Below, in pieces: positions 62,223 to 64,000 of a DNA stretch of 64,000 nucleotides. Position 1 is the stretch's first letter. Each line of letters starts with the position of its first letter. Source of the stretch: Chiloscyllium plagiosum. Taxonomy: Eukaryota. A model generated the notes under the pieces. That model did not search any database. It was not told the DNA's origin and worked only from the letters and a program-made list of their open reading frames with translations. The translations under genes were made by a program, and so were the position numbers. The stretch lies in assembly GCF_004010195.1 (NCBI RefSeq), contig NC_057719.1, positions 26,415,426 through 26,479,425 of the forward strand, in the 5' to 3' direction.

Positions 62223-62312
62223 TATCCATATGCATTTGGACTACTCCTGGCTTCAAGCTGGTGTATCCTTGTTTGCCTCAGCCGACTGTACATGGGGATG
62301 CATTCTATTCTG
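62223..62312 (+). CDS. SGPP1: SGPP1 coding exon 2 ([30 protein letters not shown])
   Basis: Pyrimidine tract tttctttttcAG ends at 62222, with branch-point-like TACTAAT at 62194-62200. The 90-nt phase-0 exon encodes the PAP2 C3 motif SRxxxxxH. Donor TG|GTGAGT at 62312/62313. It continues in frame from exon 1 (GRWQ|YP). Confidence 0.96.
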
Positions 62313-63508
62313 GTGAGTAAATCATGATTTTGAATTATATTACTTTTTTGATTGGAGCTATTGACAAGTTTTTTTTTGAAGTTTTAAAATTTCAAAAGTG
62401 ACATCTTGGCATTGCAACAGCATTGGTGTTCTATACTGGAAGCCTACAAACAACGTCTGTCTTTGTTCACGTGCTAAAATCTACTGTCCTTGGAAATGCA
62501 CACTTCGAACATTTGAAGTCTACTATTGGTCTGTAAAATGGTAATGTTGGTGCTCTTTGAAAATGAAATAAAAATTGATTTATTTTTAAGTCAGACCTAT
62601 AACAATTTAATTTTCTAATTTTACATAATGTTTCTCTTTCCATTTCTCCATTCTGTGGAAAATCAGTTGATACTGTGTACACTCATGTACACCGCAATAG
62701 GGCACTGAAGCTTTCTCTGATCTGGAAAAACTCCGCATTAGCTGGGTTCGACTCTGAGCATATTTATAGCCCGTTTGATTCACTGTTTCCTGTAATCATT
62801 AGCATCAACGACATTGTAACTTTGACAACCGTGTGAAAGTAGGGTTTCGTCAAATTACTGATGCAGTGCCAAGACATTGTTGACAACTGTAGTATGCTGT
62901 CACTGTTACATTCTAGACTGGTACTGTTTTAAAAGTAAGCACACACATACATTTCAGCTTATGTATTCAAATCTAGGGTTAATAGTTTCAAAATTGTCAA
63001 TTTTTTTGGCCTGTATGTGATGTGGATTTGGCTGTTGGCATTCTGACATTTTCACACTGAAAACCTGCATCACTCCGTCTTCCACACAACCTGGAAAAGT
63101 AGCTTGAGCAATCATTTTAAGGCTTCCTCTTCATTTTCTTACCTGCATAATGATACAGCAGAATGACCTGTAGTATTGTAACATGTGTTTCATTAACATG
63201 AATTTGCTATAACGCTATTGGCAAATTGGGGACGCTGTTTCTAAATGAACTTTTAAAACGTGTTGGCTGTAACACAATTACATCACCAACATCTTTTAAA
63301 TGCCATTTCTAAAGCATGATTTTTCTATACTGCATAGTTGCACAAGAATGCAACAAAGCTTTGATGTTGGCAAATATATCTAGCTTTGTAAAACGAGCAT
63401 TTTTATGTTGCTGCAAATCATCATTAATGGGTGTGGTTATAAAGTCACAGACTCATACAGCATGGAAATAGATCCTTTTTGATCCAACCAGTCCACGCCA
63501 AATATGGT

Positions 63509-63819
63509 GGGCGGCACGGTGGCACAGTGGTTAGCACTGCTGCCTCGCAGCGCCAGAGACCCGGGTTCAATTCCCGACTCAGGCGACTGACTGTGTGGAG
63601 TTTGCACGTTCTCCCCGTGTCTGCGTGGGTTTCCTCCGGGTGCTCCGGTTTCCTCCCACAGTCACAAAGATGTGCAGGTTAGGTGAATTGGTCATACTAA
63701 ATTGCCCGTAGTGTTAGGTAAGGGGTAAATGTAGGGGTATGGGTGGGTTTCGCTTCGGCGGGTCGGTGTGGACTTGTTGGGCCGAAGGGCCTGTTTCCAC
63801 ACTGTAATCTAATCTAATC
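63509..63819 (+). mobile_element. Young V-SINE (HE1-like) in SGPP1 intron 2
   Basis: A box TGGCACAGTGG (63520-63530), B box GGTTCAATTCC (63564-63574), intact CpG-rich V-domain and (TAATC)n tail. Inserted into a CR1 tail. Confidence 0.92.
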
Positions 63820-64000
63820 ACTATGTTCCCAGCCTAAACTAGTCTTTTGCCTTTTAGGACCCTGCAACCACAGGATTAACATTGATTTCACCAATTTCCT
63901 GATCTCCCCCGGCCAACCTTTTGTCTTTTATCCCAATTCGAACCCTCCAACTTGGCACTGTCCTCCTGACCACGCACGCACGCGCGCACACGCATGCGCG

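Noticed and set aside
63509..63580. tRNA-like sequence with A and B boxes
   Set aside because: Head of a multi-copy V-SINE followed by the V-domain and LINE-like tail; not a tRNA gene.

Overview
Eukaryotic, vertebrate, repeat-rich genomic DNA. The repeat mix (V-domain tRNA SINEs of the HE1 type, abundant CR1 LINEs, Penelope-like elements, Deu-domain SINEs) points to a cartilaginous fish, probably a shark (inference). The only host gene I can support is SGPP1 (sphingosine-1-phosphate phosphatase 1) on the + strand: CpG-island promoter, coding exon 1 at 16429-17133, a ~45 kb intron 1 and the 90-nt exon 2 at 62223-62312. The gene continues past the window. Nearly all other ORFs in the track are retroelement debris or antisense shadows. 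Features the ORF track does not show: (1) many minimal type-I hammerhead ribozyme motifs in Penelope-derived elements, with intact cores at 15158-15192(-) and 28646-28685(+); the first lies in a 306-bp element with a 14-bp target-site duplication about 1 kb upstream of SGPP1; (2) a decayed, intron-less RBPMS2/Hermes retrocopy at 47524-47807, lying between two diverged LTR-like direct repeats; (3) a near-perfect 370-bp inverted duplication enclosing an inverted CR1 tail, which looks like a template-switch rearrangement or a misassembly; (4) a pure (CG)12 run and a Deu-SINE at the promoter. I found no clearly new multi-gene system. Repeat boundaries were read by eye and are approximate.
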